A stretch of DNA of 64,000 bases, from positions 5,248,001 through 5,312,000 of the forward strand of contig CBDCJO010000002.1 in NCBI GenBank assembly GCA_965217865.1, in the 5' to 3' direction. The notes beneath the pieces are model-generated. The model searched no databases, had not been told where the DNA came from, and saw only the letters and a list, made by a program, of their open reading frames with translations. Positions 27,732 to 37,814 of this stretch are shown one piece after another. Each line of letters begins with the position of its first letter. The first letter of the stretch is position 1. The position numbers and the translations under genes were made by a program. The DNA is from Candidatus Latescibacterota bacterium (GTDB lineage: Bacteria > Latescibacterota > UBA2968 > SICM01).

Positions 27732-28730
27732 TTGGCGCTGGTTACGATGAAGCAGATCCTGGACGAGGCAACTCAAGGGAACTATGCCGTTGGCGCGTTT
27801 AACGTGAATAACCTTGAGCAGATCAAGGGAATTATGGAGGCCTCACGCCAGACGAAATCCCCCGTTATTCTTCAGGCCAGCCGGGGTGCCCGAAAATATG
27901 CAGGGAGAAGATTCCTTCGACACCTGATCCTCGCTGCTGTCGAAGAATATCCGGAAATTCCGATCGCGATGCACTTGGACCACGGAAACAGCCCTGAATC
28001 TTGTCAGGAGGCCATCGAGGACGGGTTTACATCGGTGATGATGGATGGCTCCCTGATGGAGGATGGGAAGACCCCGGCTTCGTATGAGTATAACCTGAAC
28101 GTCACCAGAGAGGTCGTGAAGTATGCCCACGATCGGGGCGTGACAGTAGAGGGTGAAATCGGTTGTCTTGGGGGAATCGAAGACGGGGTGGGCTCGGGTG
28201 AGGTGATGCTTGCGGACCCGGATCAGGCATTGGAATTCGCGGAGGCGACAAGAGTGGACGCCCTGGCTTTGGGATTCGGCACGAGTCATGGGGCATATAA
28301 ATTCAAGAAAGAGCCGAAACTGGCCTATCACATCGTGGAACAGGTCAACAAGTCCAGGCCCGACCTTCCCCTCGTTAGCCACGGTTCTTCCTCCGTGCCT
28401 CGGGATCTGGTTGATCGGGTCAACTCCTTTGGAGGGAACCTTCCGAATGCGATGGGGGTTCCGCTTTCACAGTTGGTCCGTTCGATCGAGTTCGGGGTGC
28501 GAAAAATTAATATCGACACGGATACTCGCCTGGGTACGACGGGTATCATCCGGGAATTTTTCGCGAACCATCCGGATAAATTCGATCCTAGGGATTACAT
28601 GAAACCCGCCACAGAGGAAATTACCCGAATTGTAGTCGAGAGGATGCATGCATTTCGGACGGCCGGGCATGCTGGGGACTATTCGCCTGATAATATTGAA
28701 GATGTGAAGGCTTTTTACCGGACTAATTGA
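27732..28730 (+). CDS. fba: Class II fructose-bisphosphate aldolase
   Basis: YAVGAFNVNN, HLDHG, FTSVMMDGS, GTSHGAYK, HGSSS, KINIDTD, DPRDY. Confidence 0.96.
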   Translation: MALVTMKQILDEATQGNYAVGAFNVNNLEQIKGIMEASRQTKSPVILQASRGARKYAGRRFLRHLILAAVEEYPEIPIAMHLDHGNSPESCQEAIEDGFTSVMMDGSLMEDGKTPASYEYNLNVTREVVKYAHDRGVTVEGEIGCLGGIEDGVGSGEVMLADPDQALEFAEATRVDALALGFGTSHGAYKFKKEPKLAYHIVEQVNKSRPDLPLVSHGSSSVPRDLVDRVNSFGGNLPNAMGVPLSQLVRSIEFGVRKINIDTDTRLGTTGIIREFFANHPDKFDPRDYMKPATEEITRIVVERMHAFRTAGHAGDYSPDNIEDVKAFYRTN

Positions 28731-28824
28731 GGGTTCGGTCGCACAGGGATTCTATGCTTCGGTTAAACAACCCCTGGAAAAGGAGGGATTATCTCGCCTT
28801 AACCTAACAGTCTGCAAAAAGTTA

Positions 28825-28853
28825 TTGACAAAGGCGGTCCACAGAGCTATTAT
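28825..28853 (+). promoter_or_regulatory. Sigma-70-type promoter
   Basis: TTGACA-N17-TATTAT. Confidence 0.65.
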
Positions 28854-28870
28854 AGTATGAAATCAAGAGG

Positions 28871-29260
28871 ATGCTTGAAAACCGTTCGGGATCAAATCTC
28901 ATTCTGCATCACTTGATTTCTTTCAGGCGGCTTTTTATAGTATGGATCTTCGGCGGGTTGACCATCGGTTGCCTCGCCTTTCTAATAAAGATATTATTCG
29001 ATTACTCTTCCTCGTCCTCGGTATGGTATAGCAAGGTTCAGGATGCCAAATACCAGATGGAGCAAGCGGAGGGGAAGGTCGGTGAGTTGATCGGGGGCAA
29101 AGACGCCGCAAAGGCCAGGGCCCTTGAGTTTGAGGAAGAGGTGAAGACCCTGGAGAAGATGAAGGCGGAACTCAAGGTCAAAATCGAAGAGGTGAAGCGG
29201 GAGCACACAAAGAAGGGAAAGGTCATCCTCCAACGAACCCCGAATCAATCGAAAGATTAG
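28871..29260 (+). CDS. Bitopic membrane coiled-coil protein (paralogue-like to 11852)
   Basis: TM ending FLIKILFDY (compare FLIPIFGDF) followed by a long coiled coil. Confidence 0.8.
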   Translation: MLENRSGSNLILHHLISFRRLFIVWIFGGLTIGCLAFLIKILFDYSSSSSVWYSKVQDAKYQMEQAEGKVGELIGGKDAAKARALEFEEEVKTLEKMKAELKVKIEEVKREHTKKGKVILQRTPNQSKD

Positions 29261-29479
29261 AAAAAACAACCCGATTGTGAAACCGATGGGCCCGGAAAAC
29301 CATCGATCTCAAGTGTGCAAGGCGCGGTATCAGGATCGCGTCTTTTTTATTGATTGTGGTTTGTATGTTGATGAAAAACCGTCAAAAAACCCAACGGTTT
29401 TGATGTGGTTTGTGAGAGCACAATTCTTCCGTGACACGAGGATTGTTTTGCGGCTGAAAGGCCAGCCATCCGACCCTGA

Positions 29480-30040
29480 TTGGCTATGTTGAACCGTGGG
29501 AAACCGGTCATCGGGCTTATCGCCGTCTTATGGGCGGTGGAATTGATCAATCTGTTGTTGGGGCATCGACTGAACGGGCTGGGCATCCTTCCTCGGACGA
29601 GTTCGAGCTTGCCGGGTATCATCCTCTCGCCATTCCTCCACCACGGAATCCTCCATCTTCTTTCGAATACACTTCCGCTTCTTGTTCTTGGTTGGTTTGT
29701 GACGCTCGGGGGAACCCGGAAGTTTTTGATCCTCTCCGTTCAAGTCACGTTGTTCGCCGGGGCGGCTGTTTGGTGTCTGGCCAGGAATGGGTTCCACATC
29801 GGATCGAGCGGCCTCGTTTTCGGGTTTTTCGGTTTTTTGGTCGCTCAGGGTTGGTACCGAAAAACGCCGGTTTCGATCCTACTGGCTTGTCTGACCCTTT
29901 TCCTGTATGCGGGGCTTGTCTGGGGAATACTTCCTGTCCATCCCTTCATTTCATGGGAAGGCCATTTTTTCGGTCTGATCGTAGGGATTTTATCCGCGCG
30001 TTTCCAAGGGCCTCAACGTTCTGCGGGAAAGCACCCTTGA
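29480..30040 (+). CDS. Rhomboid family intramembrane serine protease
   Basis: SPFLH..HLLSN, HIGSSG, ISWEGHFFG. Confidence 0.92.
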   Translation: MAMLNRGKPVIGLIAVLWAVELINLLLGHRLNGLGILPRTSSSLPGIILSPFLHHGILHLLSNTLPLLVLGWFVTLGGTRKFLILSVQVTLFAGAAVWCLARNGFHIGSSGLVFGFFGFLVAQGWYRKTPVSILLACLTLFLYAGLVWGILPVHPFISWEGHFFGLIVGILSARFQGPQRSAGKHP

Positions 30041-30115
30041 TGTTGACCTGTACCGGTTCCGCAGGTATATTGTTCCGATCGTTAAATTTCTCATCCAACG
30101 ATTACCCAGATTGAG

Positions 30116-30859
30116 GTGAAGATCATGTATGGAAAGATGGGGCGCATAGGCTTGCTGGTGCCTTCCGTCAACACGGTCGTCGAATCTGAGTTCAACCGGC
30201 TGATCCCAAACGGGGTGGGTGTCTTTGCGACACGGATGCGGAACAGTGTGACGGACGTGGAGGATTCCAGAGCTATGCTTCAGCACGTCGAACGCGGAGC
30301 GGATGAACTGGGAAGCATGCATCCGGACGTTATCGCTTTCGCCTGCACGGCCAGCAGTTTCGTCAACGGCGTTGCAGGTGAGGTCGAGCTGCGAAGGCGG
30401 ATCGAGACCGCGGGTAAGGCGAAGGCTGTGACAACTTCGGGTGCGGTCTTGGAAGCCCTCCGGGGGCTCCGGGTCCGCCGTATCGTGATCGCGACGCCTT
30501 ATCCCGATGAACTCAACGAACTGGAGAAACGATTTTTTGACACCGAAGAGATTGAAGTCCTGGGGATCGCCGGGATGGGAATCTCAGAGGCCTTCGACAT
30601 CGGAAAGGTGGCTCCCGAGGAGACACGTGAATTTGCGAGGAAGGTCTGGCGGGACGAAGCTGATGGGATGTTCATCAGTTGCACGAATCTGAGAACAATC
30701 GAAGTGCTTCAGGTACTGGAAGATGAATTTGGGAAACCCGTCGTATCGAGCAACTCCGCGACCTTTCGGTCGTGCATGAACGCACTCGGCCAGGCGGACG
30801 CGGTGGAGATCAACAGCGAAAATCCACATCATGTTGACTCGATTGAGAAACGCTTCTGA
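30116..30859 (+). CDS. Asp/Glu racemase / maleate cis-trans isomerase family
   Basis: GLLVPSVNTVVESEF, FACTA, TPY, ISCTNL, PVVSSN. Confidence 0.9.
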   Translation: MKIMYGKMGRIGLLVPSVNTVVESEFNRLIPNGVGVFATRMRNSVTDVEDSRAMLQHVERGADELGSMHPDVIAFACTASSFVNGVAGEVELRRRIETAGKAKAVTTSGAVLEALRGLRVRRIVIATPYPDELNELEKRFFDTEEIEVLGIAGMGISEAFDIGKVAPEETREFARKVWRDEADGMFISCTNLRTIEVLQVLEDEFGKPVVSSNSATFRSCMNALGQADAVEINSENPHHVDSIEKRF

Positions 30860-30894
30860 ACCATGTTTTGGTTTGTCATACGGGGTGGGAAGTT

Positions 30895-32265
30895 ATGATT
30901 CTGACCGTTATCGGTGGTGGAAGCTCTCAGTGGATGAGGGGCTTGATGAGGGATGTCTACCTTCTTGGCGAATCGGATGGAGGAGAGATTCGTCTTGTTG
31001 ATCCCAACAAGATCCACGTCGAAGCCGTGGCGGATATGCTCCGGTATTTCAACAATATTCGGAAAAAAAACTATAAGATCGCGGTGGTCGAGGATCGAAA
31101 GGAGGCTCTGGTCGGCGCCGATTTCGTTATGGCGACATTCAGCCCGGGGAGTATGGACGCATTTTACAACGACCTGGAGATTCCGATCAAGTATGGAATC
31201 AGGCAGCCCGTTTCGATGACGGTCGGTCCCCCCGGGATTTCGGCGGCGATCCGGACCGCTCCTGTTGCGCACGAGATCGTTGAAGACATGGAGGAGGTGT
31301 GCCCAGGGGCTTATCTCCTTAACGTCACGAATCCCATGAGTGCGGTCACCCGGGCGATGACCATGGCGGCCAGGAGCGTCCGGGTGATCGGCATGTGCCA
31401 CGAGTTTCACGCCTTTCATAAGTATTTGGAGCCCATACTGGGTCTGAAAAAGCCGGATGGCATGAACGTTGTCGATTACCTTTACGAGTGGCTTCCGGAC
31501 CAGGGTTTCGAGTATACCGTGGCGGGTCTCAACCATTTCATCTGGATCACCCGTGCGACGCGAAACGGGGAAGACATGATCCCAAAAATCCACGAGTATA
31601 CCATCCGGAACCGGAACCTGAAACCCGTCGATGCCCCCTACGATGCCACCACCAATTACAGTGCCGCAAAGTTCGCATTCTGCCGAACGTTCGGCTGCCT
31701 TCCGATTCCCGGAGATCGGCATCTGGTTGAGTTCTGGCCGAGTCTCTGCAATATTCGAAATGGCTACGCATTTAAATATGACGTCATAAAGACAACCGTG
31801 GATGTCCGCAGACACAAGAGGGACAAAAATTTCGAGACGATCAAGAGGATCGCGTCCGGGGAAGAAGAGGTGGACTGGACGCGAAGCGGGGAGGAGATGA
31901 CGGCGATCATGAGGGCCATCCTGACAGGGACAAACACCACCTGCATCGCCAACCTTCCCAACACCGGGCAGATCTCAAACCTGCCCAGGGACGTGGTGGT
32001 TGAGACACTCGCAACGATCACACCGGACGGCATCGATCCAAAGGCGTCCGGAGAACTGCCGGGTCCCATCGGTAGCCTTTGTCGGCTCCACGCGGATATC
32101 CACGAACTCACGGTCAAGGCGGGGCTTGAAGGCGATCGAAACCTGTTCGTACAGGCGTTGTCTCTCGATCCTTTGAGTGCGGGAGCCGACTTCTCCGAGA
32201 TCGGGGATCTTGCTGACGAATTGCTGATCGCGAATCGCGAATGGCTTCCACGATTCTTTGGATAA
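30895..32265 (+). CDS. Family 4 glycoside hydrolase (NAD+-dependent, alpha-galactosidase-like)
   Basis: IGGGS, GADFV, LLNVTNPM, GMCH, AGLNHF, DRHLVEF, NLPNTGQISNLP. Confidence 0.9.
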   Translation: MILTVIGGGSSQWMRGLMRDVYLLGESDGGEIRLVDPNKIHVEAVADMLRYFNNIRKKNYKIAVVEDRKEALVGADFVMATFSPGSMDAFYNDLEIPIKYGIRQPVSMTVGPPGISAAIRTAPVAHEIVEDMEEVCPGAYLLNVTNPMSAVTRAMTMAARSVRVIGMCHEFHAFHKYLEPILGLKKPDGMNVVDYLYEWLPDQGFEYTVAGLNHFIWITRATRNGEDMIPKIHEYTIRNRNLKPVDAPYDATTNYSAAKFAFCRTFGCLPIPGDRHLVEFWPSLCNIRNGYAFKYDVIKTTVDVRRHKRDKNFETIKRIASGEEEVDWTRSGEEMTAIMRAILTGTNTTCIANLPNTGQISNLPRDVVVETLATITPDGIDPKASGELPGPIGSLCRLHADIHELTVKAGLEGDRNLFVQALSLDPLSAGADFSEIGDLADELLIANREWLPRFFG

Positions 32266-32339
32266 GAAGAGTCCCGGAGCGCTCCCTCGCTTGACGATTC
32301 GATTCAGCGAAGGAAACCTCTCCCGGTCGAAATCTAAAA

Positions 32340-33455
32340 ATGAGGCGTCCTCTCAATTTCATCCACGTCGCATCCGCCGATTTCATCACCCGCTCCGCTT
32401 ACCAGATGGGCAAGACGCCGGTATTACCCATCTTTGCTGCCACACTGGGGGCAAGCGGTCCTTTCCTGGGCTTTATTGTCTCCGTCTCTACTCTGACCGG
32501 TTTTGTCCTGAAACCCCTCATCGGTATTCTTTCCGACCATTTCGGTCGCCGGGTGTGGCTTATTGTAGGAACCCTATTCTTTGTCGGCACCCCGTTTTTA
32601 TATCGCTTTATTCAATCCCCAGAAGGACTTTTCGGCATTCGCGTTGTCCATGGATTGGCCACGGCCATCACCGGTCCTGTTGCGCTGGCTTTTGTGGCCG
32701 AGCGGGAACCGAAGGGCCTCGGAGAAAAGTTAGGCTGGTTCGGACTTGCACGGCACGCAGCCAACATTTTCACGATCATCGGGATTTCGAGTTCGCTGGC
32801 CTTTTTTTTCATCCTTTTCCCCTCAACCCCACCAAAATTCCACATCGCAGTTCCACCTGGGCCCATCCGTTGCCGTATCCTTCATGGACTCAGAACAGGT
32901 GCCAGTGTCGCATCGATCTGGCTGGCCGGCGGGCTGGAAGCAACCGTGTTTATCGCACTTTATGGGGTAAGGGTTTTTTTGCCCGTTTATGCCATTGCCG
33001 GCGGGGTTAGCGTTGCACTTGTCGGGGCCTTCTTTGCGATCCAGGAGACCATCCACGTTGCGTTGAGGCCCGTCGGGGGACGCCTTGGGGACAGGGTTGG
33101 ATATCTCCGAGCCATCGGTCTCGGGCTGGCCTTGATGGGGTTAACGCTACCACTGATCGGGGCTACGACCCGTTCTTTGAACCTGATGATATTGGCCCCT
33201 CTCCTTGGGGTGGCACAGGCCTTGATCTTCCCGTCCACAGTTGCTCTGGTTTCGACCCGGATTGATCGGGGCCACCTGGGTGCGGGGATGGGTTTGATCG
33301 GAATGCTCCGGAATGCCGGCAAGATCATAGGTCCGATCCTTGGGGGGGTTCTGGTTCACTGGTTCGACTTTTCCCAAATGGTTCGGTTTATGGGATTTTT
33401 CTCCCTTTTGGGGGCTATACTCTGCTATCGGGCGCAAGGGAAAAGAGAGGCCTGA
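32340..33455 (+). CDS. MFS transporter, apparently with an in-frame internal deletion around TM5
   Basis: GILSDHFGRR and GRLGDRVG motif-A loops; GLARHAA runs straight into NIFTII; only 371 aa. Confidence 0.75.
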   Translation: MRRPLNFIHVASADFITRSAYQMGKTPVLPIFAATLGASGPFLGFIVSVSTLTGFVLKPLIGILSDHFGRRVWLIVGTLFFVGTPFLYRFIQSPEGLFGIRVVHGLATAITGPVALAFVAEREPKGLGEKLGWFGLARHAANIFTIIGISSSLAFFFILFPSTPPKFHIAVPPGPIRCRILHGLRTGASVASIWLAGGLEATVFIALYGVRVFLPVYAIAGGVSVALVGAFFAIQETIHVALRPVGGRLGDRVGYLRAIGLGLALMGLTLPLIGATTRSLNLMILAPLLGVAQALIFPSTVALVSTRIDRGHLGAGMGLIGMLRNAGKIIGPILGGVLVHWFDFSQMVRFMGFFSLLGAILCYRAQGKREA

Positions 33456-33495
33456 TCGATCGGCCGCCCACGCATGATCTTTTGAACTCGGAAGG

Positions 33496-35625
33496 TTGGA
33501 AGATCCGCTGATGAACCTGGTTCACTTCTTTGAAACCCTTTCCGTCGGTACGATCGTCAATTTCGCGGGCGCAGGATACCGGGAGGGAGTTCTTGCAAAG
33601 GAGGCAGATGCCGGATGGCCGTTGGGCGTTGTCCGCCGGCTAAACGGAGACCTGATCGTGGTCGATTATCTGGCCCATAGGCTCTGGCGAATCGACCGGG
33701 ACGGGATCTTGCACGTATTTGCCGGCGATGGCATCGGGGGTCATTCGGGCGATGGGGGACCGGCGGTGGAAGCCCGTTTTTTTCTTCCCCACGATCTTTT
33801 CCAGGACATTTCCGGAAACCTCTATCTGTCCGATCTGGGGAATTACACGATTCGCCGGATCGACTTTGAAAGCGGAATAATCACCCGGGTCGCCGGGGTT
33901 GGACGGCGTGGACGAGGGGGAGATGGGGGCCCGGCGATTGAGGCCGAGCTCGACTGTACAAGCGGGGTTGCAGTGGACGAAGCGGGCAACGTTTTTCTTT
34001 CCGATGAATGGGCGTGTAACATCCGCCGGGTTGACTCCCGAACGGGGATCATCGAAACCTTTGCCGGTCAAAACGCCCGACACTATCCCTCGGAGCGTGG
34101 AGATAGCCGACCTTTGGCAGGTCCCGGGCTTAGCCTGATGGGCTACCACGGAGATGGGGGACCTGCATCGGAGGCCGCTTTCTATCACCCGGAACACCTG
34201 GCCTTTGATTCCAGGGGAAACCTGTATGTCTGCGATAACTCCAACGACCGGATACGCAGGATCGAAAAAAAGACCGGGATTGTGACGACTGTCCTCGGCA
34301 ATGGACAACGTACATCCAACGGTGATGGAGGACCTGCGATAGAGGCCGGCACTCTGATGCCGGACGCGATCTGTCTGGATGTTCACGATAACCTCTACGT
34401 CGGCGAGAAATATGGCTTTCGCGTACGCAAAGTCGACGCTCGGACAGGGATCGTGAACACGCTGGTCGGCAATGGGGTTCCGGGGTTCGGCGAAGAGGGT
34501 CTTCACGGATCCCATACAAGCTGCAATTCCTGCGAGGCCGGTATCTGGGCCGATCCGGATGGCACGGTGTTTTGGGGGGATTGCTCCGGCCGCCTCAGGC
34601 GCTACGACGGACAAACCGGAATTGTGACGACGGTTCTCGGAGGGACAAGCGTCCACGACGGTGAGGCGGCATCGGAGGGTTTCCTCTGCGGCCCCCGGGG
34701 GTTGTCCGTTGGACCGGATGGGCATATCTACATCGCAGATCGATGGAACCAGCGTATACGCGGGATAGATCCTCTAACGGGATCTATTCGAACCGTGGCC
34801 GGAAACGGAGCAAGGGCATATGGTGGGGACAATGGCCCTGCAACGGAAGCCTACCTGGGAAATCCGTCCGACGTATCGGTCGATTCCAGGGGTCGTGTGG
34901 TCATCGCGGATACACGCCACGGACACGTCCGGCGTGTGGATGAGGACGGAATCATCCGGGTCGTTGCTGGAACGACCTTTCAATGGGATAAGGGGGATGG
35001 GGGCCCCGCCCTCGGAGCCTGCATGGTGAGCGTGGAATCGGTTGCCCACGGTCCAAACGACGATATTTACTTTGGCGATTCGATTGGCAGAATACGCAGG
35101 ATCGATGACAAAACCGGGATCATCACGACCGTCGCAGGCCTGGGCATGACAGGATATTCGGGGGACGGGGGTCCGGCCGTCCAGGCTCGAATCGGAAGCC
35201 CGTCAGCGATCTGTTTGGATTCGGATGGAGGCCTTTACTTCGCAGACACCTCTTACCACGTTATCCGAAAGATCGATTCGCGAGGGATCATCTCGACGAT
35301 CGCCGGTTCCGGCCAATCCGGCACCTCACCTGACGGCACACACGCACAGGAGGTCAGGCTCGATTCGCCTCAAGGGATCGCGGTATCCGGTACCGGGGGG
35401 ATCTATATCGCAGATTCGCGGAACAACCGGGTCCGGCGGATTACGCCAAGCAATAAGGTGGAGACGGTGGTGGGGGGTGCGATGCCTGGGGATGGTGGTG
35501 ATGGGGGGCCGGCCCGAGAAGCCAAACTAAACGAACCTCACGGGCTCTGTTTCTATCAAGGGGACATTCTTTTGATCAGCGATTCCTGCAATAACAGGAT
35601 CAAGGCGGTCAAGGTTGCAGGATGA
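33496..35625 (+). CDS. NHL-repeat (GDGGPA-type) double beta-propeller protein, no signal peptide
   Basis: ~12 repeats of GDGGPA..A....P....D..G..Y..D..N.RIR. Confidence 0.88.
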   Translation: MEDPLMNLVHFFETLSVGTIVNFAGAGYREGVLAKEADAGWPLGVVRRLNGDLIVVDYLAHRLWRIDRDGILHVFAGDGIGGHSGDGGPAVEARFFLPHDLFQDISGNLYLSDLGNYTIRRIDFESGIITRVAGVGRRGRGGDGGPAIEAELDCTSGVAVDEAGNVFLSDEWACNIRRVDSRTGIIETFAGQNARHYPSERGDSRPLAGPGLSLMGYHGDGGPASEAAFYHPEHLAFDSRGNLYVCDNSNDRIRRIEKKTGIVTTVLGNGQRTSNGDGGPAIEAGTLMPDAICLDVHDNLYVGEKYGFRVRKVDARTGIVNTLVGNGVPGFGEEGLHGSHTSCNSCEAGIWADPDGTVFWGDCSGRLRRYDGQTGIVTTVLGGTSVHDGEAASEGFLCGPRGLSVGPDGHIYIADRWNQRIRGIDPLTGSIRTVAGNGARAYGGDNGPATEAYLGNPSDVSVDSRGRVVIADTRHGHVRRVDEDGIIRVVAGTTFQWDKGDGGPALGACMVSVESVAHGPNDDIYFGDSIGRIRRIDDKTGIITTVAGLGMTGYSGDGGPAVQARIGSPSAICLDSDGGLYFADTSYHVIRKIDSRGIISTIAGSGQSGTSPDGTHAQEVRLDSPQGIAVSGTGGIYIADSRNNRVRRITPSNKVETVVGGAMPGDGGDGGPAREAKLNEPHGLCFYQGDILLISDSCNNRIKAVKVAG

Positions 35626-35684
35626 GTTCAGTGACATAGGGAAGATAGACACGTCGACCGACGCCGTAACAGAGGAGCCATCCA

Positions 35685-36473
35685 ATGCACCCATTCGAAG
35701 ACCTCGAAGTCCCTGCCAGTGCCGCCGGTATCCACTGGTTCGGCCAGAGCACTTTCGCCCTCAAGGACGTTTCCTGCACCATCGTCCAGATAGACCCCTA
35801 CTACCCACGCGAGCGTCCCGCCGAACGATTTATCCACGCGCGTCCTCCCCTGCACGAGGCGTCGTTGCGCACCGATTTCGTGCTTCTGACCCACAATCAT
35901 GGCGACCACACCTGCATCGAGAGCATTGAGCGCATCCACGCAGCGTACCAGGAAGTTCGTTTCATCGGGCCCACAGAGAGCATCCAGGCCGTGCTGGAGA
36001 CGGGCGTCGACGCGTCCCAGACTCAGATCGTCACGGCCGGCGACATCGCCGAGATGGGCACGATAAAAGCGCAAACCGTGTGGGCGAAACCCCCGGAGGG
36101 CCTGTCCGCAGACGAGATCCAGCCTCCCGACGTGGCCCACCTCGGTTATGTGGTCGAAGTCGGCCAGACGCGCGTGTATATTTCCGGGGACCCGGTCAAC
36201 ACCTTCGCAGAGCACGAGGCGTTGCTCAAACCCGTGCGCGAACTCAAACCCTTCATCGGCTTCCTGACGACTCACCCCAACGAAGGCGAGTTTCCCTTCT
36301 TCGACGGCTCGGTTAAAATCGCCTCTTCTCTGGGCTTAAAAGCAGCCGTGCCCGCGCACTACGCATGTTTTGTAAAACGTAATTATGACCCGGTAGAATG
36401 GGCAGGTGGTTTAGAGGGCGTCGAACCACTGATCATCCCTTACAACCAGTCAGTCGTTTACCCCGCCGACTGA
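35685..36473 (+). CDS. MBL-fold metallo-hydrolase (UlaG-like)
   Basis: WFGQS, IDPY, THNHGDH, YISGD, VPAHY. Confidence 0.88.
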   Translation: MHPFEDLEVPASAAGIHWFGQSTFALKDVSCTIVQIDPYYPRERPAERFIHARPPLHEASLRTDFVLLTHNHGDHTCIESIERIHAAYQEVRFIGPTESIQAVLETGVDASQTQIVTAGDIAEMGTIKAQTVWAKPPEGLSADEIQPPDVAHLGYVVEVGQTRVYISGDPVNTFAEHEALLKPVRELKPFIGFLTTHPNEGEFPFFDGSVKIASSLGLKAAVPAHYACFVKRNYDPVEWAGGLEGVEPLIIPYNQSVVYPAD

Positions 36474-36612
36474 ACACGAGCGCAGCCCAAACTGAACGAA
36501 CTGCTCGGGCTCCGTTTTTTGATCAGCGATCCCTGGAATTACCCGGGTGGTCAAGGACCCTGGATGAGTTCGATCCGAAGCTCTGAAAAAGGGTGATGAC
36601 AGAATAAATAAG

Positions 36613-36641
36613 AGGCCGACGAGTAGGTTTCGTCGGCCTTT
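36613..36641. terminator. Hairpin terminator between convergent genes
   Basis: AGGCCGACGA-GTAGGTT-TCGTCGGCCT-TTT. Confidence 0.65.
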
Positions 36642-36673
36642 TGAATTCGGGGATATCTCGCAGTTTTATGAAT

Positions 36674-37177
36674 TCACGCCTGCATACGATCCGGAAGAAG
36701 CGTCGTTCCATCCGTTATAGCGGATTCGATCTGTTCTGTTGTGAGGCCGATGGTCGATCTCAGGTCCACTCGGCGAAGGCTGGTCCCTTCCAGGTCCGAT
36801 CCGGTAAGATCAGCGTTCTGGAGTTCGGCATAAGGGAGATTGGCTCCCTCAAGATTTGCACCCTGGAGGTTCGCTCCCCGGAGATCGGCTTTCAAGAGAT
36901 CTGCCAGTGAAAGCTCCCCCCACTGGAGATTCGCTCCTTGAAGTTTGGCCCACTGTAAGTTGGCCCCCTGGAGATCGGCCCACTGAAGGTAGGCCATCAG
37001 AAGACTTGCTTTGCAGAGGTTCACTTCCCTGAGGTCGGCCCGTGAACCTTCCTCACGATTGGTCGCCACCCACTTTCGATGTGCTGCCAGAATTCGGCTT
37101 AATTCTTTGAAGGATATCTCGCGTATCGAAGGAAGGCTCGATGCCTCATCCGTAAGAGAATCGTTTGGTTCACTCAT
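36674..37177 (-). CDS. Pentapeptide repeat protein
   Basis: ILAAHRKW...G.RADL N-cap; A(D/N)LxG repeats. Confidence 0.9.
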   Translation of the reverse strand: MSEPNDSLTDEASSLPSIREISFKELSRILAAHRKWVATNREEGSRADLREVNLCKASLLMAYLQWADLQGANLQWAKLQGANLQWGELSLADLLKADLRGANLQGANLEGANLPYAELQNADLTGSDLEGTSLRRVDLRSTIGLTTEQIESAITDGTTLLPDRMQA

Positions 37178-37358
37178 CCCATATTTCCTGCAGGCCGTAT
37201 TTCGATATTCACTTCCCGACCCTAAACCTAAAAAGGTCCCGAGGCTTAATCCATGGTTCGCCAGGGGCGGGACCTTTCATGAGTTGATCTGTCACGTGTG
37301 ATTCAAAACCATCGGCAGTTCATTACATCTATTCGACACCGTTAATTTCTCAACCCTA

Positions 37359-37796
37359 TCATCCTACGAGCCATAGAAATAGAAAAAAGAATAAGGATAT
37401 GAAGAAAAGGGTTTTCCCTTTAAGCCCCTCCTCTTCTCCTCGGAAGTGAAGATCGGACCTATCCAGATCGGTTTGTTGAAGTTCCGGACCGATAATATGC
37501 ACCCCCTTCAGGTTCGCCTTTTTGAGATTTGCCTCTCCGAGTTGAGCCCCTACCAGGTTTGCACCGAAAAGGTCGGCCTTGTAGAGATTCGCCTGATTGA
37601 GATTCGCTCCGCCAAGGTCCGCCCCGCGGAGGTTGGCTCCATAGAGGTTGGATGTACGGAGGTTGGCTCGGCCGAGGTTGGCCCCGGAGAGATCGGCGCG
37701 GCTGAGGTCTGTGAGTATCTTCGGGTTTTCATCTCTCCATCTGTTCCAGGTTTCAACCCCTTCCTGAATCAGGGCGAGATGTTCCTGGTTTGCCAC
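37359..37796 (-). CDS. Pentapeptide repeat protein with C-terminal TM
   Basis: MANQEHL...GVETWNRWR N-cap; ANL repeats; hydrophobic tail. Confidence 0.88.
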   Translation of the reverse strand: MANQEHLALIQEGVETWNRWRDENPKILTDLSRADLSGANLGRANLRTSNLYGANLRGADLGGANLNQANLYKADLFGANLVGAQLGEANLKKANLKGVHIIGPELQQTDLDRSDLHFRGEEEGLKGKTLFFISLFFFLFLWLVG

Positions 37797-37814
37797 GTAT
37801 TCGACCCCTTTGTT

